A stretch of DNA of 32,000 nucleotides from Mycolicibacterium smegmatis (lineage in GTDB: Bacteria > Actinomycetota > Actinomycetes > Mycobacteriales > Mycobacteriaceae), in the NCBI RefSeq assembly GCF_001457595.1, contig NZ_LN831039.1:2670001-2702000 (forward strand), in the 5' to 3' direction. Shown here piece by piece: positions 18,517-28,966 of this stretch (its first letter is position 1; each line of letters begins with the position of its first letter). The notes under the pieces were generated by a model, which had not been told where the DNA came from, did no database searches, and saw nothing but the letters and a program-made list of their open reading frames with translations. Both the position numbers and the translations under genes were made by a program.

Positions 18517-19319
18517 ACGAGCGCGAGATTCATGAGATGAGGAGCCGATCATTGGCTGACAACCTGGGCGGAGAATTCGTGGGGCGCAGGATTCTCGTGA
18601 CGGGGGGAGCCTCCGGCGTCGGGGAGGCCTGCGTCGGTTATTTTCTGGGTCTGGGCGCCACGGTCGCGTGCATCGACGTCAAGGTACCCGCCCGTGACGA
18701 TGCAAAGTTCGTGCACCTGAGCGCGGATCTGCGCGACCGAGATGCGGTGTCTTCTGCTGTGGCTGAGATCGCCGAGCGGTTCCACGGTTTGGACACACTG
18801 GTCAACAACGCCGGTGTGAGTTTTGTGGGCACGGTCGAGGATGGCACCGAGGACGACTGGAATCGCCTGTGGGACATCAACGTAATGGGGGCTGTCCGCT
18901 CGACCCGTGCCGCCCTGCCGTTGCTCCGCCGATCGGACTCGGCCGCGATCGTGAACGTGTCATCACTGACCGCGACTTCCGGTATACGGCAGCGAGCGGC
19001 CTACACCGCGACCAAAGGCGCCATCGAATCGATGACAAGGGCGATGGCGGCCGACCTTGTCTCCGAAGGCATCACGGTGAACGCGGTGAACCCAGGCACT
19101 GTGGACACCCCGTTCATGGCCGAGCTGGCGGCGCGCGCCGAGGATCCGGTGCAGCGTCGCGCAGATTTCGAATCGCGTCAACCCATCGGCCGCATGGTCA
19201 CACCTGTCGAGGTCGCCCATGCCGTCGCATATTTCGCGCACCCGCTGAGTCGTTCCACGACCGGCAGCACGCTCATGGTGGACGGAGGAATCTTCAACCT
19301 CCACATGACGCGCGCCTGA
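18513..19319 (+). CDS. Short-chain dehydrogenase/reductase (SDR)
   Basis: VTGGASGVGEA cofactor motif, LVNNAG, VNVSSLTATSGIRQRAAYTATKGA catalytic Ser/Tyr/Lys; GTG start overlapping the upstream TGA. Confidence 0.9.
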   Translation: MNEREIHEMRSRSLADNLGGEFVGRRILVTGGASGVGEACVGYFLGLGATVACIDVKVPARDDAKFVHLSADLRDRDAVSSAVAEIAERFHGLDTLVNNAGVSFVGTVEDGTEDDWNRLWDINVMGAVRSTRAALPLLRRSDSAAIVNVSSLTATSGIRQRAAYTATKGAIESMTRAMAADLVSEGITVNAVNPGTVDTPFMAELAARAEDPVQRRADFESRQPIGRMVTPVEVAHAVAYFAHPLSRSTTGSTLMVDGGIFNLHMTRA

Positions 19320-19367
19320 CCACCTGGTCACCCAAATGTCAAAAACACATGAATCAGGAGCATCTTT

Positions 19368-20123
19368 GTGAGACTTGCAAACAGAGTCGCCATCATCACC
19401 GGGGCAGCACAGGGTATCGGTCGGATCTATGCCGAGAGATTCGCCGAGGAAGGTGCGGCTGTGGTGGTCGCAGACATCAATGAGCCCAAAGCGACCGAGG
19501 TCGCATCATCCATCACGTCGCTGGGCGGCCGCGCAATCGCCGCTGCCGTCGATGTCTCGGATGTCGAATCGGTCAATCGTATGGTCGATTCCGCCGTGGA
19601 GGCGTTCGGAACCGTCGACATCCTGGTCAACAACGCCGCGATCTTCTCCACGCTGAAGATGAAGCCTTTCGAGGAGATCTCGGGCGACGAGTGGGACAAG
19701 CTCTTTGCGGTGAACGCCAAGGGGACGTTCCTGTGCTGTCAGGCTGTTTCGCCGGTGATGCGGAAGAACCAGTACGGCCGCATCATCAACATCTCGTCGA
19801 GCGTCGTGGTGACGGGCCGGCCCAACTATGCCCACTACATCGCGTCCAAAGGCGCCGTCTGGGCGTTGACCCACGCTCTGGCAACGGAAATGGGCACCGA
19901 CGGCATCACGGTCAACACCGTGAGCCCGCACGGCATCATCACCGAAATCCCGCGGGAGACCATCTCGGAAGAGGGGTGGAGGCGAAATCTGGAAGAGCAG
20001 GCACTCAAGCGCAAGGGTGATGCCTCCGACCTGGTCGGAATCCTGCTCTACCTCGCCAGTGACGAAAGCAAGTTCATGACCGGCCAGACCGTCGCCCTGG
20101 ACGCCGGTTTGCGCTTCACCTGA
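19368..20123 (+). CDS. Short-chain dehydrogenase/reductase (SDR)
   Basis: GTG start; ITGAAQGIGRIYAERFAEEGA, LVNNAA, INISSSVVVTGRPNYAHYIASKGA. Confidence 0.9.
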   Translation: MRLANRVAIITGAAQGIGRIYAERFAEEGAAVVVADINEPKATEVASSITSLGGRAIAAAVDVSDVESVNRMVDSAVEAFGTVDILVNNAAIFSTLKMKPFEEISGDEWDKLFAVNAKGTFLCCQAVSPVMRKNQYGRIINISSSVVVTGRPNYAHYIASKGAVWALTHALATEMGTDGITVNTVSPHGIITEIPRETISEEGWRRNLEEQALKRKGDASDLVGILLYLASDESKFMTGQTVALDAGLRFT

Positions 20124-20176
20124 GCTGCGGCTCTGCAGTTCACCCCAAAACATCTGAAGGCTCGGAGCAAACAATC

Positions 20177-21568
20177 ATGGCGAATGCACCCGGCAACAAT
20201 CTGACCCCGAAGAGTGACGATTCGGCGCGCAGGTCCGCGCTGCGAAAGGTCAACCTTCGGTTGATGCCTTTCATCTTCCTGCTGTACCTGGTCAACTACG
20301 TCGACAGAACAGCGCTGGGTATCGCCGCGCCCAACGGTATGAGCGACGAGCTTCAGATGACGGCGACCCTGTTCGGTCTGGCGTCGGGGATCTTCTTCGT
20401 CGGTTACATCCTTCTCGAAGTCCCCAGCGCCATGGCCGCACAACGGACGGGTGCACGCGTGTGGATCGCCCGGATCGCGATCACCTGGGGAGCGGTGGCG
20501 TCACTGACCGCGTTCGTCCCCAACTATCAGTGGTTGATCGTCGCGAGATTCCTGCTCGGTGTGGCAGAGGCCGGCTTCGCGCCGACAGTGTTGCTCTATC
20601 TGACGATCTGGTTCTCCAATCGCGAACGGCCGAAGGCGTTTTCGGTCTACCTGCTCGGCATTCCGATCTCGTCAGTGGTCGCGGGACCTGTGGCGAGCTG
20701 GTTGATCAATGCCGGTGACGGCGTGTTCGGCCTGAGCGGCTGGCGTTTCATGACGTTGATGACGGGCGTGCCGGCGATCATCCTCGGTGTCGCCGCACTC
20801 TTCTGGCTGACCGACCGCCCATCGCAGGCCGCATGGCTGACCGACGCCGAGAAGGAGGCGCTGATCGCAGATCACGATGAGCACACTCCGGCCGAAGCCC
20901 GTGGCCACGCCGGGGGCATGCTGTTCTCTCTGCGGTCCGGGCGCGTGTGGATCATGGGTTTCGCGTACCTGGGGGTGGTGTACAGCCTGTACACCATCGG
21001 GTTCTTCCTGCCCAGTGTGGTTTCGGGCTTTGCCGAGCGGTTCGGCACCGACTTCACCGTGATCGAGAACGGGTTCATCATCGCCGTTCCGTACGTGTTC
21101 GCAGCAGCGGCGCTCATGCTGTGGCCGCGCCATGCCACCCGGTCGGGGGATATCGGGTGGCACGTGCTGATCAGCACCGTGGTGGGCGCACTCGGAATCG
21201 TCATCGCCGCGTTCGCCGGGGATCCGTGGATCGTCATGCTGGGCGTCACGCTCTGCGCCGTAGGGGTGATCTCGGCGATGCCCCTGGTCTACAGCCTGCC
21301 GGCCCGGATTCTGTCCAGCGTGGCCGTCGGCGCGGGTCTGGCACTGGTCAACACGATCGGCAACGTCGGCGGGTTCGCCGGGCCGTTCGTCACCGGTTGG
21401 CTCAGGGACCTGTTCGGCAACGACCAGGGAGCCTTCGCCGTCGTCGCGCTTCTCCTGCTGACGTCCGGAGTGATCTCGGTGGCCGTCCAATCGCGGACAC
21501 ACTCGATCAACGAGGCCCTGCAACGAAATGACCCGGCGTCGCGTCGGCACCGCGCGACGATCGAGTGA
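20177..21568 (+). CDS. MFS transporter, anion:cation symporter/phthalate-tartrate-like
   Basis: VDRTALGIAAPNGMSDEL...FFVGYILLEVPSAMAAQRTGARVWIARIAITWGAVASLTAFVPNYQWLIVARFLLGVAEAGFAP. Confidence 0.88.
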   Translation: MANAPGNNLTPKSDDSARRSALRKVNLRLMPFIFLLYLVNYVDRTALGIAAPNGMSDELQMTATLFGLASGIFFVGYILLEVPSAMAAQRTGARVWIARIAITWGAVASLTAFVPNYQWLIVARFLLGVAEAGFAPTVLLYLTIWFSNRERPKAFSVYLLGIPISSVVAGPVASWLINAGDGVFGLSGWRFMTLMTGVPAIILGVAALFWLTDRPSQAAWLTDAEKEALIADHDEHTPAEARGHAGGMLFSLRSGRVWIMGFAYLGVVYSLYTIGFFLPSVVSGFAERFGTDFTVIENGFIIAVPYVFAAAALMLWPRHATRSGDIGWHVLISTVVGALGIVIAAFAGDPWIVMLGVTLCAVGVISAMPLVYSLPARILSSVAVGAGLALVNTIGNVGGFAGPFVTGWLRDLFGNDQGAFAVVALLLLTSGVISVAVQSRTHSINEALQRNDPASRRHRATIE

Positions 21569-21580
21569 GACGGCCCTCGA

Positions 21581-22000
21581 TCAGTCCACCGCGTGCGCCA
21601 GCAGTCGCTTGAGTTCGCGGCGCTGTGCCTCCGTGAGGTTTGCGAGCGCCTCCTCCTCTGCCGCCAGCGCGGCCGCCTCGGCCCGCTTGAGCAGCTTGGC
21701 GCCCTCGGTGGTGAGTTCGGCGGGTAGCGCGCGCCCGGAGGATGCCGCCTCGGGACGCCGGACGGCGCCTTTTTCCTGAAGCGCTCGCACCACGTTGTTC
21801 ATGGCTTGCGGCGAGACGTTGATGTGACGCGCCAGTTCGGCGTTGGACTGCCCGGGCTGTGCGGAAAGGATTCGCAGACAGACGAATTCGGGAAGTGTCA
21901 AACCCAGCTGCTGCAACTGCGCGGCGACGGCGGGCTGGAGCACCGCGGTCACGCGGTACATCAGAAAGCCCAGCGGCTGAACCTCGAGGATGTCGCTCAT
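21581..22000 (-). CDS. MarR-family transcriptional regulator
   Basis: 139 aa; QLGLTLPEFVCLRILSAQPGQSNAELARHINVSPQAMNNVVRALQEKGAVRRPEAASSGRALPAELTTEG; start could be 9 nt upstream at the other ATG. Confidence 0.88.
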   Translation of the reverse strand: MSDILEVQPLGFLMYRVTAVLQPAVAAQLQQLGLTLPEFVCLRILSAQPGQSNAELARHINVSPQAMNNVVRALQEKGAVRRPEAASSGRALPAELTTEGAKLLKRAEAAALAAEEEALANLTEAQRRELKRLLAHAVD

Positions 22001-22017
22001 ATCAAGCATATTGACAC

Positions 22018-22726
<709 letters not shown>

Positions 22727-22769
22727 ACCCCTCCGGCCGGCGACACGCGGAATTCGCAAGGCCCCGGGC

Positions 22770-22819
22770 ATTGCCTGACGCCTGCCATGAGGCAGGATGG
22801 AGCTGCCGTCCTGGGCAAT
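22770..22819 (+). other. Nested inverted repeats in the pyrH 5' region
   Basis: CCTGCC-ATGA-GGCAGG (22781-22796) enclosed by ATTGCC (22770-22775) and GGCAAT (22814-22819). Confidence 0.35.
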
Positions 22820-22861
22820 CGCCTGGATGGCTCTCTAATGCGAGGAGTGCCGAGGAGACCG

Positions 22862-23608
22862 ATGGCGGATTCGAATGTCGCCGGCCGGGCAGCACCGATT
22901 CGTCCGCTCTATACCCGCGTCCTGCTCAAGCTGGGCGGCGAGATGTTCGGCGGCGGACAGGTGGGTCTGGATCCCGACGTCGTGGCTCAGGTGGCGCGGC
23001 AGATCGCCGAGGTGGTCCGCAGCGGAGCCCAGGTGGCAGTCGTCATCGGGGGAGGCAACTTCTTCCGCGGTGCCCAACTGCAGCAGCGCGGTATGGAGCG
23101 CACGCGTTCCGACTACATGGGCATGCTCGGCACCGTGATGAACAGCCTTGCCCTGCAAGACTTCCTGCAGAAGGAAGGTATCGACACCCGCGTGCAGACG
23201 GCGATCACCATGGGGCAGGTCGCCGAGCCCTACATCCCGCTGCGCGCGGTGCGGCACCTGGAGAAGGGTCGCGTCGTGATCTTCGGCGCGGGCATGGGCC
23301 TGCCGTACTTCTCGACCGACACCACAGCGGCCCAGCGGGCCCTGGAGATCGGCGCGGAAGTGGTGCTGATGGCCAAGGCGGTCGACGGTGTGTTCACCGA
23401 CGACCCCCGGACCAACCCGGACGCCGAGTTGATCACCGCGATCAGCCACCGCGAGGTCATCGACCGCGGGCTCAAGGTGGCCGACGCCACCGCCTTCAGC
23501 CTCTGCATGGACAACGGCATGCCGATCCTCGTGTTCAACCTGCTCACCAGTGGCAATATCGCTCGGGCGGTGGCGGGTGAGAAGATCGGAACTCTGGTCA
23601 CCACCTGA
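22862..23608 (+). CDS. pyrH: Uridylate kinase
   Basis: [57 protein letters not shown]; classic UMP kinase. Confidence 0.97.
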
Positions 23609-23655
23609 GGAGTGGAGCCACATGAGCGAACGCGACAGCGACGGGAGACGGTGAA

Positions 23656-24213
23656 GTGATCGACGAGACTCTCTTCGATGCCGAGGAGAAGATGGAGAAG
23701 GCCGTGTCCGTGGCCCGAGACGAGCTCGGCTCGATCCGGACCGGCCGGGCCAATCCGGGCATGTTCAACCGCATCAACATCGACTATTACGGTTCGATGA
23801 CGCCGATCACCCAGCTGGCCAGCATCAACGTCCCCGAGGCGCGCCTCGTCGTGATCAAGCCGTACGAGGCGTCGCAGCTCAGGGCGATCGAGGACGCCAT
23901 CCGCAACTCCGACCTGGGCGTGAACCCCAGCAACGACGGCAACATCATCCGCGTCGCCATCCCGCAGCTCACCGAGGAGCGCCGCCGCGAACTGGTCAAG
24001 CAGGCCAAGTCCAAGGGCGAGGACGCCAAGGTCTCGGTGCGCAACATCCGCCGCAAGGCGATGGAAGAACTCAGCCGCATCAAGAAGGACGGCGAGGCCG
24101 GTGAGGACGAGGTGAGCCGCGCCGAGAAGGACCTCGACAAGTCGACGCACACCTACACCGCGCAGATCGACGAACTCGTCAAACACAAGGAAAGCGAGTT
24201 GCTGGAGGTCTGA
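23656..24213 (+). CDS. frr: Ribosome recycling factor
   Basis: GTG start; [46 protein letters not shown]. Confidence 0.97.
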
Positions 24214-25092
24214 GTGACCGATCAGCAAGCGAGTCTCGTGGCAAGCAAACCGGTCGGAGAACCGCAGAAGAAGCAGTCCCGCGCCGGTCGTAACCTCCCG
24301 GCGGCCATCGGTGTCGGCGTGGGCCTGGGCGGCGGCGTCATCGCGATCCTGTTGTTCGCACCCCTCGTGTGGGTCGGTGTGGTCGCCGCGGCGATGGCCG
24401 TCGCGACGCACGAGGTCGTGCGGCGGCTGCGCACCGGAGGTTTCTCCATCCCGGTCGTCCCGCTGCTGATCGGCGGACAGGCCATGGTGTGGCTGACCCT
24501 GCCGTTCGGACCGGCCGGTGCACTGGGTGGATTCGGCGCCACCGTGGTGTTGTGCCTGATCTGGCGGCTGCTGTCCGGCGGACTGACCGCGGCACCGGTG
24601 AACTATCTGCGCGACGTCTCGGTGACGGTGTTCCTGGCCGCCTGGATCCCGTTGTTCGGCGCGTTCGGTGCGCTGCTGATCTATCCCGACGACGGCGCGG
24701 GCCGTGTGTTCTGCCTGATGCTGGGCGTCGTGGCGTCCGACGTCGGCGGCTACACCGCAGGCGTGCTGTTCGGCAAGCACCCGATGGTGCCCGCGATCAG
24801 CCCCAAGAAATCCTGGGAGGGCCTGGCCGGATCGCTGGTGCTCGGCATCGTGGTCTCGGTGCTGGCCGTGACGTTCCTGCTGGACAAGCCGGCCTGGGTG
24901 GGCGTGCCGCTCGGCATCATGCTGGTGCTCACCGGAACGCTCGGTGACCTGGTGGAATCGCAGGTCAAACGCGACCTCGGCATCAAGGACATGGGCACGC
25001 TGCTGCCCGGCCACGGCGGTCTGATGGACCGCATCGACTCCGTGCTGCCCTCAGCCGTCGCGACCTGGATCGTTCTGACGCTGCTGGCGTGA
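24214..25092 (+). CDS. cdsA: Phosphatidate cytidylyltransferase
   Basis: GTG start adjoining the frr stop; GDLVESQVKRDLGIKDMGTLLPGHGGLMDRIDS is the CdsA signature. Confidence 0.95.
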   Translation: MTDQQASLVASKPVGEPQKKQSRAGRNLPAAIGVGVGLGGGVIAILLFAPLVWVGVVAAAMAVATHEVVRRLRTGGFSIPVVPLLIGGQAMVWLTLPFGPAGALGGFGATVVLCLIWRLLSGGLTAAPVNYLRDVSVTVFLAAWIPLFGAFGALLIYPDDGAGRVFCLMLGVVASDVGGYTAGVLFGKHPMVPAISPKKSWEGLAGSLVLGIVVSVLAVTFLLDKPAWVGVPLGIMLVLTGTLGDLVESQVKRDLGIKDMGTLLPGHGGLMDRIDSVLPSAVATWIVLTLLA

Positions 25093-25956
25093 CCCGGAGC
25101 TGTTGAGCCAGCAGGCCACGGCCCCGACCACGAGGCCGACGGCGATCCCGACGTCGGGTCTTTCACCGAGCATCAGCCACGACAGGACGCCCGCCACCGC
25201 GGGGATCACGCAGAACAGCATGGTGACCGCGGGCGCGCCGTGCCTGCTGATGGCCCGTACGTACATCGACACCCCGAGCGCCGCGTTGAGCAGCACCACC
25301 CCGGCCACTGCCGCCACCGCGTGCTTGGCGTTGTGCACCGCGAACGGTGTCAGCGCCGCGAACACCGCGGCGGGGAGCAGCGCCACCGCGTTCTGTACGG
25401 CCGTGGCGGCGCGGAAGTCCACGTCGCTGCAGAACCGCTGCTGATAGACGCCGCCTGCGGACAGGCCGAGCAGCGCCGCGAGCAACAGCAGCAGTACCGG
25501 GTCGACGCCGCTCTCGGCGGCCAGCCTGCTCGCGCAGGCCGCGAGCACCGCGGCGACGCCGAGCACGAGCGCCAGGATGCGCCGTAGGCCGAGGCGGTCA
25601 CGCAGGAACGCCGCACTGAGCACGGCCGTGGTGACGGGGTTCATCGCAATCACCACCGCGCACAGCACGGCAGGAGCGCCGCGCTCGATGGCCAGGTACA
25701 GGAAGCAGAACTGCACGCCCTGCATCAGCAGGCCCGCCACCGCGACGTGAGCGAGCTTGCCGCCGCGCGGCCACGCCACACCGGCGAACCGTGCCCACGC
25801 CCCGAGGATCGCGGCGGCGAGGCTGAACCGGAAGACCAGCAACGCCATCGGTGACATCGCCGCCACCGCGGCGTTGCCGATCGGGTAGCCCAACGCGTAC
25901 AGGAATGTCACCGCCGACGCGGTGCGGGCGGGCATCCGGTCAAGGGTGTCGGACAT
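25051..25956 (-). CDS. EamA/DMT-superfamily permease
   Basis: About 10 TM segments; LCAVVIAMNPVTTAVLSAAFLRDRLGLRRILALVLGVAAVLA and the second EamA half near LSWLMLGERP. Confidence 0.85.
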   Translation of the reverse strand: MSDTLDRMPARTASAVTFLYALGYPIGNAAVAAMSPMALLVFRFSLAAAILGAWARFAGVAWPRGGKLAHVAVAGLLMQGVQFCFLYLAIERGAPAVLCAVVIAMNPVTTAVLSAAFLRDRLGLRRILALVLGVAAVLAACASRLAAESGVDPVLLLLLAALLGLSAGGVYQQRFCSDVDFRAATAVQNAVALLPAAVFAALTPFAVHNAKHAVAAVAGVVLLNAALGVSMYVRAISRHGAPAVTMLFCVIPAVAGVLSWLMLGERPDVGIAVGLVVGAVACWLNSSGSRQQRQNDPGRDG

Positions 25957-26066
25957 GGGGCCATCGTGTGGTGTGCGGGACGGCCAAGTCCAACGAATAA
26001 TCGGGCCGCGGTTCGATCACAATTGCTTATCGGATCGTCCGCGGCCACCGGTGCAACGCGACGAAA

Positions 26067-26993
26067 TTGATCGTCAGTGCTGATCGGAGTACCGTACGGC
26101 CGGTGGGACAGGTCTTGGACATCGCGCCACTGCGCAGTCTGGTCGCCGTCGCCGACTGTGGTGGATTTCACCGCGCGGCGGCGGTTCTGCACCTGACCCA
26201 GTCCGCGGTCAGCCAACACGTGCGTCGTCTCGAGGGTGTCGTCGGCGGCCCGATCGTCCAGCGGTCCGGGCGCGGCATGGCCTTCACCGAACACGGCCAC
26301 CGCGTCGTCACACACGCCCGTCGGATCCTCGCCGCGCACGACGCGGCGCTCGCCGACCTCGGGGCGGCGGAGGAGAAGACTCTGCTGATCGGGGCCACCG
26401 AACACGGTGCCGACTTCATGCTGCCCGGATTGACCGATGCGCTCGGCGAATGCCTGCCGGACTGGCGCGTGCGGTTCCGGTTGGACCGCAACGTCGCACT
26501 GGCCGACGCGATCGAACACGGCACCGTGGATGTCGCCGTGATGCTCGACGGCTCGGGATGGGACCGCGTCAACGCGTCGGGAATGGTCGCGCTGAAATGG
26601 ATCTCGGCACGCACCTTCACGCCCGATGGTCCGCTTCCTGTGGTGGTGTACGCCGAGCCCTGCACGCTGCGCGAGCCGGCCTTCGCGGCGCTGGAGAAAC
26701 TCGACATCGACTACCGGATCGTCGTCGAATGCGCGGACCTGTCCGGCCTGGTGGCCGCGGTGCGCTCGGGGCTCGGCGTCGCGCTGCTGCCGATGATCGG
26801 CCGACTGCCCGACGGCCTCGTGGTCGCCGACGACATGCCCGAGGCCAACCGCGCATCGGTGTTCGTCCGCGGCCGCGCGGGCGTCGACCCCGACCTGCTG
26901 GCAACCGTCGACACGGCGGTGCGCGAACTTCTCAACGACGACCGCCCGTCCGGGACAATGGTCGCGAAGACATCAGTGAAGGTATCGGCATGA
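26067..26993 (+). CDS. LysR-family regulator (ArgP/LysG-like)
   Basis: [61 protein letters not shown]; true start may be GTG 26103 or TTG 26115. Confidence 0.87.
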   Translation: MIVSADRSTVRPVGQVLDIAPLRSLVAVADCGGFHRAAAVLHLTQSAVSQHVRRLEGVVGGPIVQRSGRGMAFTEHGHRVVTHARRILAAHDAALADLGAAEEKTLLIGATEHGADFMLPGLTDALGECLPDWRVRFRLDRNVALADAIEHGTVDVAVMLDGSGWDRVNASGMVALKWISARTFTPDGPLPVVVYAEPCTLREPAFAALEKLDIDYRIVVECADLSGLVAAVRSGLGVALLPMIGRLPDGLVVADDMPEANRASVFVRGRAGVDPDLLATVDTAVRELLNDDRPSGTMVAKTSVKVSA

Positions 26994-28108
26994 AACAACA
27001 GCTCGTCTTCGAGGCACCGCGGCGGGCCATGCCGCCGCAACACCTCGCGGACCTCGACGAGACAGCACGCGCGGCCGCGGTCACCGAACTCGGGCTGCCG
27101 GCGTTCCGCGCCAAGCAGCTGGCCAACCAGTACTACGGCCGGCTCATCGCCGATCCCCAGCAGATGACCGACCTGCCCGCCGCCGTACGCGACCAGGTCG
27201 CCGAAAAACTGTTCCCCACGCTGATCAACCCGGTGCGCGAGATCCAGTGCGACGCAGGGGAGACCCGCAAAACCCTGTGGCGCGCGATCGACGGGTCGAC
27301 GTTCGAATCGGTGCTCATGCGCTACCCCCAGCGCAACACCGTGTGCATCTCGTCGCAGGCAGGCTGCGGCATGGCCTGCCCGTTCTGCGCGACCGGACAG
27401 GGTGGGCTGCAACGCAACCTGACCACCGCCGAGATCCTCGAGCAGGTACGCGCGGCGTCGTCGACCATGCGCGCAGAGCACTTCGGTCGGACTGCCGGCA
27501 CCGCCGGCGGTGGCCGGCTGTCCAACATCGTGTTCATGGGCATGGGCGAGCCATTGGCCAACTACAACCGCGTGCTCGGTGCCGTGCGACGCATCATCGC
27601 CGCGCCGCCCAACGGTTTCGGCATCAGCGCGCGCTCGGTCACGGTGTCCACGGTCGGGCTGGCCCCGGCGATCCGCAAGCTCGCCGACGAACGCCTCGGT
27701 GTCACGCTGGCGCTGTCTCTGCACGCACCCGACGACGAACTGCGCGACACGCTGGTACCGGTCAACAACCGGTGGAAGGTGAGCGAGGTGCTCGACGCGG
27801 CGCGCTACTACGCCGACACCACCGGCAGGCGCGTCTCGATCGAATACGCATTGATTCGCGATGTCAACGATCAGCCCTGGCGCGCAGACCTTCTCGGTAA
27901 GAAGCTGCACGGCGCGCTGGGGCCGCTCGCGCACGTCAACGTCATCCCGCTCAACCCCACACCCGGCAGCGAATGGGACGCCAGTCCCAAACCGGCCGAG
28001 CGTGAGTTCGTCAAGCGCGTGCGCGAACGCGGTGTCTCGTGCACGGTCCGCGACACCCGCGGTCGCGAGATCGCCGCGGCGTGCGGGCAATTGGCCGCCG
28101 AGGGCTGA
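26990..28108 (+). CDS. rlmN: Dual-specificity 23S rRNA/tRNA A2503/A37 methyltransferase, radical SAM
   Basis: [15 protein letters not shown] radical-SAM CxxxCxx[52 protein letters not shown]; 372 aa from the ATG overlapping the LysR stop. Confidence 0.95.
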   Translation: MKQQLVFEAPRRAMPPQHLADLDETARAAAVTELGLPAFRAKQLANQYYGRLIADPQQMTDLPAAVRDQVAEKLFPTLINPVREIQCDAGETRKTLWRAIDGSTFESVLMRYPQRNTVCISSQAGCGMACPFCATGQGGLQRNLTTAEILEQVRAASSTMRAEHFGRTAGTAGGGRLSNIVFMGMGEPLANYNRVLGAVRRIIAAPPNGFGISARSVTVSTVGLAPAIRKLADERLGVTLALSLHAPDDELRDTLVPVNNRWKVSEVLDAARYYADTTGRRVSIEYALIRDVNDQPWRADLLGKKLHGALGPLAHVNVIPLNPTPGSEWDASPKPAEREFVKRVRERGVSCTVRDTRGREIAAACGQLAAEG

Positions 28109-28190
28109 TCCTCTCCTGCGCGAACGTGGGCTTGTGGTCGAACTTTCGGCGCAATCACGCACACAAGGCGACGTTCGATGCCGGGCCTGC

Positions 28191-28910
28191 TCAGGCGTCG
28201 GCGATCGAACGCTCGCGGACCGCTTCGATGTGGGCACGCATCGCGTCCGCGGCAGCCTGTGGGTCACCGGTTTCGACAGCGGCCAGCACGCGGCCGTGTT
28301 CGGCGACCGCCAACTCGGTGTCCACGGGCCCGCGGTGCACATTCTGTCGCATGCGTTGCACCGAGGCGCCCAGGCTTCCGACCATCCGGCGCAGGAATCC
28401 GTTGCCGCAGTGGTCGAGGATCGTCTGATGAAAACGCCAATCGGCTTCGAAATACGGCTTCAACGGGACCGGTAGGCCGTTTCGATCGCGGGTCACCCCG
28501 TCCCACTCGCGCACTGCCCACGCGGCCTCCTCGTGCGCGCGGTGTGCAGCACGCAGGTCGGGGAGCAACTCGGGATCCCGGAGCCGGGTCGCCCAATGGG
28601 CGGCAGTCGTCTCGACGACGAGGCGGGCGTCGGCGAGTTCTGCGGCCTGCTGGGCGGTCATCGGTGGCGCCACCTGGTAGCCGCGATGGGCGACTCGGTG
28701 GACCAGCCCGGTCGCCTCGATCTCGACGAGGGCCTCTCGGACCGGAGTCTGTGAGACGCCGAGATCGCGCGAGAGTCGGTCGATGCTCACCGATGTCCCG
28801 GCGGCAAGTCGTCCGTCCATGAGCATCGCGAGCAGCGCGTCGCGCACTTCGTCCCGCATGGCTCGCCGCAGGCGAGGAATAGGCGGGCTCACAGGGACAT
28901 CCACGGTCAA
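28191..28910 (-). CDS. GntR-family transcriptional regulator, FCD domain
   Basis: DEVRDALLAMLMDGRLAAGTSVSIDRLSRDLGVSQTPVREALVEIEATGLVHRVAHRGYQVAPP; FCD-type C-terminus. Confidence 0.88.
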   Translation of the reverse strand: MTVDVPVSPPIPRLRRAMRDEVRDALLAMLMDGRLAAGTSVSIDRLSRDLGVSQTPVREALVEIEATGLVHRVAHRGYQVAPPMTAQQAAELADARLVVETTAAHWATRLRDPELLPDLRAAHRAHEEAAWAVREWDGVTRDRNGLPVPLKPYFEADWRFHQTILDHCGNGFLRRMVGSLGASVQRMRQNVHRGPVDTELAVAEHGRVLAAVETGDPQAAADAMRAHIEAVRERSIADA

Positions 28911-28966
28911 ATCCTTTCATGTGACGCCGGGATGCTGCGATCCCGCCGTTTCGCCCTCGGCGGTGG

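Noticed and set aside
23230-25014. 594-aa minus-strand ORF antisense to pyrH/frr/cdsA
   Set aside because: Low-complexity His/Arg/Gly/Asp-rich translation typical of the antisense frame in high-GC DNA; the opposite strand encodes three unmistakable conserved genes.
26711-28342. 543-aa minus-strand ORF over LysR/rlmN
   Set aside because: Shadow ORF of high-GC coding DNA; rlmN on the plus strand is unambiguous.
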